This document shows, one piece after another, positions 48,539 through 52,334 of a DNA stretch of 52,334 nucleotides. Source of the DNA: Chiloscyllium plagiosum (taxonomy: Eukaryota). The DNA lies in contig NC_057719.1 in the NCBI RefSeq assembly GCF_004010195.1, positions 57,392,246-57,444,579 on the forward strand, in the 5' to 3' direction. A program made the translations under genes and the position numbers. Each line of letters opens with the position of its first letter. Position 1 is the stretch's first letter. The notes under the pieces were generated by a model that did no database searches, was not told the origin of the DNA, and was given only the letters and a program-made list of their open reading frames with translations.

Positions 48539-48938
48539 CATGTGGCCTCCTCTATATTGGGGAGACAGGCCGCCTACTTGCGGAACGTTTCAGAGAGCAC
48601 CTCTGGGACACCCGGACCAACCAACCCAACCACCCCGTGGCTCAACACTTCAACTCCCCCTCCCACTCCACCAAGGACATGCAGGTCCTTGGACTCCTCC
48701 ATCGCCGGACCATAGCAACAGGACGGTTGGAGGAAGAGCATTTCTAACGCCTCTCCCCCAAGTCCCTCCTCCCTACCTTTTATCTTAGCCTGCTGAGCAC
48801 ACTTTCCTCATTCCTGAAGAAGGGCTTATGCCCGAAACGTCGATTCTCCTGTTCCTTGGATGCTGCCTGACCTGCTGCGCTTTTCCAGCAACACATTTTC
48901 AGCTCTGATCTCCAGCATCTGCAGTCCTCACTTTCTCC
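48539..48938 (+). mobile_element. Penelope-like element 3' fragment: GIY-YIG endonuclease remnant plus pLTR with hammerhead
   Basis: 48541-48741 translates as CGLLYIGETGRLLAERFREHLWDTRTNQPNHPVAQHFNSPSHSTKDMQVLGL...RLEEEH (YIG motif). It is followed by the same pLTR seen elsewhere in the window. Confidence 0.92.
48810..48845 (+). ncRNA. Minimal hammerhead ribozyme motif in PLE pLTR
   Basis: CTGAAGA(48814-48820)-A-GGGC-ttat-GCCC-GAAAC-GTC(48841). Helix I is only 2 bp (tc/ga) before a mismatch. Confidence 0.72.
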
Positions 48939-49181
48939 TTTCTCTCCACAGATGCTGCCAGACCTGCTGAGTTTTTCCAGCAATTTCTAATTTTGTTTTT
49001 AATCTAATTTGACAGTTGACTAAGCCTGGATTCCAGTATCACTGCCTCACAACTCTATATAAAGCAGTTTTCCTGTCCTCTGTTGCAAATTGTTCATGTT
49101 TACATCTTGTATCTACTTTGCCATTAATCCTGGAACTACGGGAAGCCATCTGCTCCTACTTACTTTGCCTCATTCTTTCAT

Positions 49182-49508
49182 GGAAAGCATGGTAGCTCAG
49201 TGGTTAGCACTGCTGCCTCACAGCGCCAGGGTCCTGGGTTAGATCCGGCCTCGGGTGACTGTCTATGTGGAGTTTGCACATTCTCCATGTGTCTGCGTGG
49301 ATTTCCTCCGGGTGCTACGGTTTCCTCCCACGCTCGAAAAGACATGCAGGTCAGGTGAATTGGTGAAGCTAAATTGCCCAGTGTTGGGTGCATTAGTCAG
49401 GGTTAAATGTAGCGAAATGAGCCTGGGTGGGTTACTTTTTGGAGGATCTGTGTGGACTTGTCGGGCCAAAGGGCCTACTTCCACACTGCAGGGAATCTAA
49501 TCTAATCT
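49182..49508 (+). mobile_element. HE1-type V-SINE, full length, 8-bp TSD
   Basis: tRNA head, V-domain and (aatct)3 tail. tctttcat at 49174-49181 and 49506-49513. Confidence 0.9.
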
Positions 49509-50329
49509 TTCATAACTTACAAGTGTTCTATCTCTCCACAATCTATCAAATAAAAACATCTTATTTTTCCAACACTACATCATATTTGGCTTTCTTCACT
49601 AAAAATCCACTATCTCTGTTATAATGCAAAGTCCAATATTTCTCTTGTTATTATAAATGAATCTTTAGATTTTATGCATGGTTTTCATCATGGTTTGGTT
49701 TTTAGGTTCTTTACTCATGAAATAAAGCTTCAAATTTCATTTTTTTTTGGCAGGATTATCTTTCATATTCTATGAACTGATACCTTAGGTTGCTTTGTTC
49801 TGTCACAGCACTGAGCCTACATCCACTCAGAATTTAATTACTGCTGTTTTTGTTTTGTAACAAAAATGTATCACCTCAAACTTTTGAATCTGAACTATAT
49901 CTGTCACTTTTAGTTAATCTCTTCATGTTATCAATATCACCTTCGAGTTTAATTGTCTTTCTCAAGAATTAGCTTTACCGCTGTTCAGAAAATTTCAACC
50001 ATCCTTTAAGTTTATGTCTATGCCATTGACATACTGTGATTAAAAGTGAGCCCAGAATACACCCTATCGGACAGCACTCCACAGTTCCAATCAATTAAAA
50101 TTTATCTTTTAACTTGTACTCCCTGTGATCACCTTCGCAACCTGCTTACTTTATCAGCTTCCTGTCTTCCCCTTTCTTTTTAAATCCATTGTTTAAAATG
50201 TAACTTTTTGACAAAACCTTTAACCATCTCTTTCAATGTTTTCTTTGGTTTAACATCTTTTCTTTTACCTAATTAATTAATTTCTGAAAAGCTTTTTGAG
50301 ACATTGCAGAGAAAATGCTGTGGTAAAAG

Positions 50330-51850
50330 TAAATAAGAAAAGGAAAGTGGAGAGAAACCATGAAAAATACTGGCAGGTCAAAAATGTTTTGCAAATGCAT
50401 AAATAGCAAGAGGATAACTCAAAGTATAGTGGCAATTAGAGACCAAAACGTTAATTTACATGTGAAGGCAGAAGACAAAGGCATAGTTCTTGAATAATAC
50501 TTTGAATATGGTTTCACAAAACAGAGGGACAAAGCAGACATTGTATTTTGATTAGATTACTTACAGTGTGGAAACAGGCCCTTCGGCCCAACAAGTCCAC
50601 ACCGACCCTCCAAAGAGCAACCCACCCAGACCCATTCCCCTACATTTACCCCTTCACCTAACACTACAGGCAATTTAGCATGGCCAATTCACCTAACCTG
50701 CACATTTTTGGCCTGTGGGAGGAAACCAGAGTCTCTGGCACTGTGAGGCAGCAGTGCTAACCACTGTGCCACCATGTTCCACCACACACAGGGAAGTGTG
50801 AAGTATTGAGTTAGGCAAACCTAGTAATGGAGAAAGTATTACAGTGTTTCTTGAAAGTGGATGAATCACCAAACCCTGATGAAATGCATCCATGGCCATT
50901 CAAGGAAGCAAATGGAAGAAATGCAGGAAGTTCTGGCCATTCTCTTCTAACCCTCTCTGACTGCAGGCAAAGTGCCAGAGAACTGCTAACATTACATAAT
51001 TGGTTAAAAAGGGAGGTAGATATAGAACTCTTAATTGCAGGCTAATCAGCTGAACCTCAGAAGTGGGCAAATCATTGGGAAAAAAGAATTCAGACAGTAA
51101 ATATTGTCAGTTGGTGAGTCATGGATTTCTGAAAGACAGTAGGCATGAATTTGTTCAGGGAAGGTCATGTCTAAAAAAAGCTTTTAAAATTTTTGAGCAG
51201 ATAACAAGGAGATCAATAAATGTAGTGTGTTTAAGGAGGTGGATTTTAACTAAGTTTTTGACAAGGTCTGACTTAGCAGAATGATCAGAAAAATAAAAGC
51301 TTGAAGGATCAAAGGGAAAGTGCCAAGCTGGATCCAAAATTGACTCAGTGTCAGGAAGCAGTGGGTTCTGGCTGGCCAGATGTTTCTGTGGGTGCATGGT
51401 GGCTTCCAGTGAGATTCCTCAGGCTTCAGTTTTGGATCCCTTGTTAATCGTGGTAAATATCGATGATTTTGATTTAAATGTGGGGGCCTAGATGATGTAG
51501 TTTGCACATGATGTGAAAATTGGCAGTGTTGTTTATAGTGAAAAAGAAAGCTCGAGATTGTAGATAGATATCAGTGGCATTGTTGACTAGAAGAAGGGCA
51601 AGTGGAATTCAATCCAAGGAAGTGTTATTTGGGGAGACAAACAAAGCAAGGGAATACACAAAATTGGTAACATTTTTAAAAACTTAGAAAAACAAAGGGC
51701 CTTTGGAGTCCAAGTCCACTGATCAGTAATGGTAGCTAGACAGGAAGGAAAAATGGTAAAGCAAGCATTCATGATATTTTCCCTCATTGGTCAGAGCTGT
51801 TATAGAAGAGTATAAGTATCTGAAAGGGATAATGCTGAGGTATGCATACA
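50330..51850 (+). mobile_element. Decayed CR1 ORF2 with a nested HE1 SINE
   Basis: LKVDESPNPDEMHP and HEFVQGRSCL remnants. Confidence 0.82.
50550..50775 (-). mobile_element. HE1-type V-SINE, internally deleted
   Basis: Tail gattagattacttacagtgtggaaacaggcc at 50550; head gcagtgctaaccactgtgccacc at about 50752-50773. Confidence 0.9.
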
Positions 51851-52184
51851 CAGTGTCCAATATGATAATGTAACACGGACTCTGGGGGACAGCTTTCAAT
51901 CTCAAAGGAGTTCGATCAAAAATTGAGGTTTCTCCCTCAGTTTTAGTGATAAGTGGGCTGAATTGTGGTTTTTTTTGGCTTATGTCTGATTTGCATATTT
52001 TTTTGGAGGAATTCCTGCCGTGAGGCCTAGCTCGCTGTATTTCTAAATTGGCTTGATTAACAATCTACCCCACCCGTTTGATATGTGTCACATCTGATTT
52101 TTAGCCGCATCTATCATGCACCATTGCTGTAAAAAAAAAAGACCATTTGGCAGATATCCCAGAATTCACTAGTATCCTCTGTAA

Positions 52185-52334
52185 ACTGCTGAGGCCAAAC
52201 GCCAGCTTGCAGATACCTCCTCCTACTGCCCCCTTGACCATGACCCCACCCCCCACCACCAAACCATCATCTCCCAGACCATCCATAACCTCATCACCTC
52301 GGGGGATCTCCCATCCACCGCCTCCAACCTCATA
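52185..52334 (+). mobile_element. Penelope-like element ORF fragment (N-terminal to RT), runs off the window end
   Basis: Open frame TAEAKRQLADTSSYCPLDHDPTPHHQTIISQTIHNLITSGDLPSTASNLI (PLE RQLxDxxxYxxLxxDPT motif). Confidence 0.85.

Noticed and set aside
1..52334. Prokaryotic-type systems (CRISPR arrays, operons, retrons)
   Set aside because: The window is intron-containing vertebrate DNA. All RT motifs belong to CR1, other LINEs or PLEs, and no repeat-spacer array is present.

Overview
Vertebrate nuclear DNA, very probably a shark (inferred from HE1/V-SINE, CR1 and Penelope-like repeats). It holds one complete protein-coding gene on the minus strand: MBIP (MAP3K12-binding inhibitory protein 1, an ATAC complex subunit), 9 coding exons from 40821 to 19889. 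All introns are GT-AG with consistent phases, giving 1068 nt / 355 aa, and exon 1 sits in a CpG-rich island. Most of the rest is retroelement debris: young and old CR1 LINEs, a second LINE family, HE1 SINEs and many short Penelope-like (PLE) fragments. There are two N-gaps. The most interesting signals are: (i) minimal hammerhead-ribozyme cores in the PLE terminal repeats, including a perfect 90-bp palindrome of two opposed hammerheads flanked by a 15-bp TSD in MBIP intron 7; (ii) a recurrent short fold-back PLE insertion architecture whose ends cluster at the ribozyme; (iii) a tail-only (GATTA)4 insertion between 167-bp direct repeats; (iv) a possible decayed three-exon gene upstream of MBIP whose in-frame stops are all TGA. 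Repeat family names and homologies are from recognition, not database searches.
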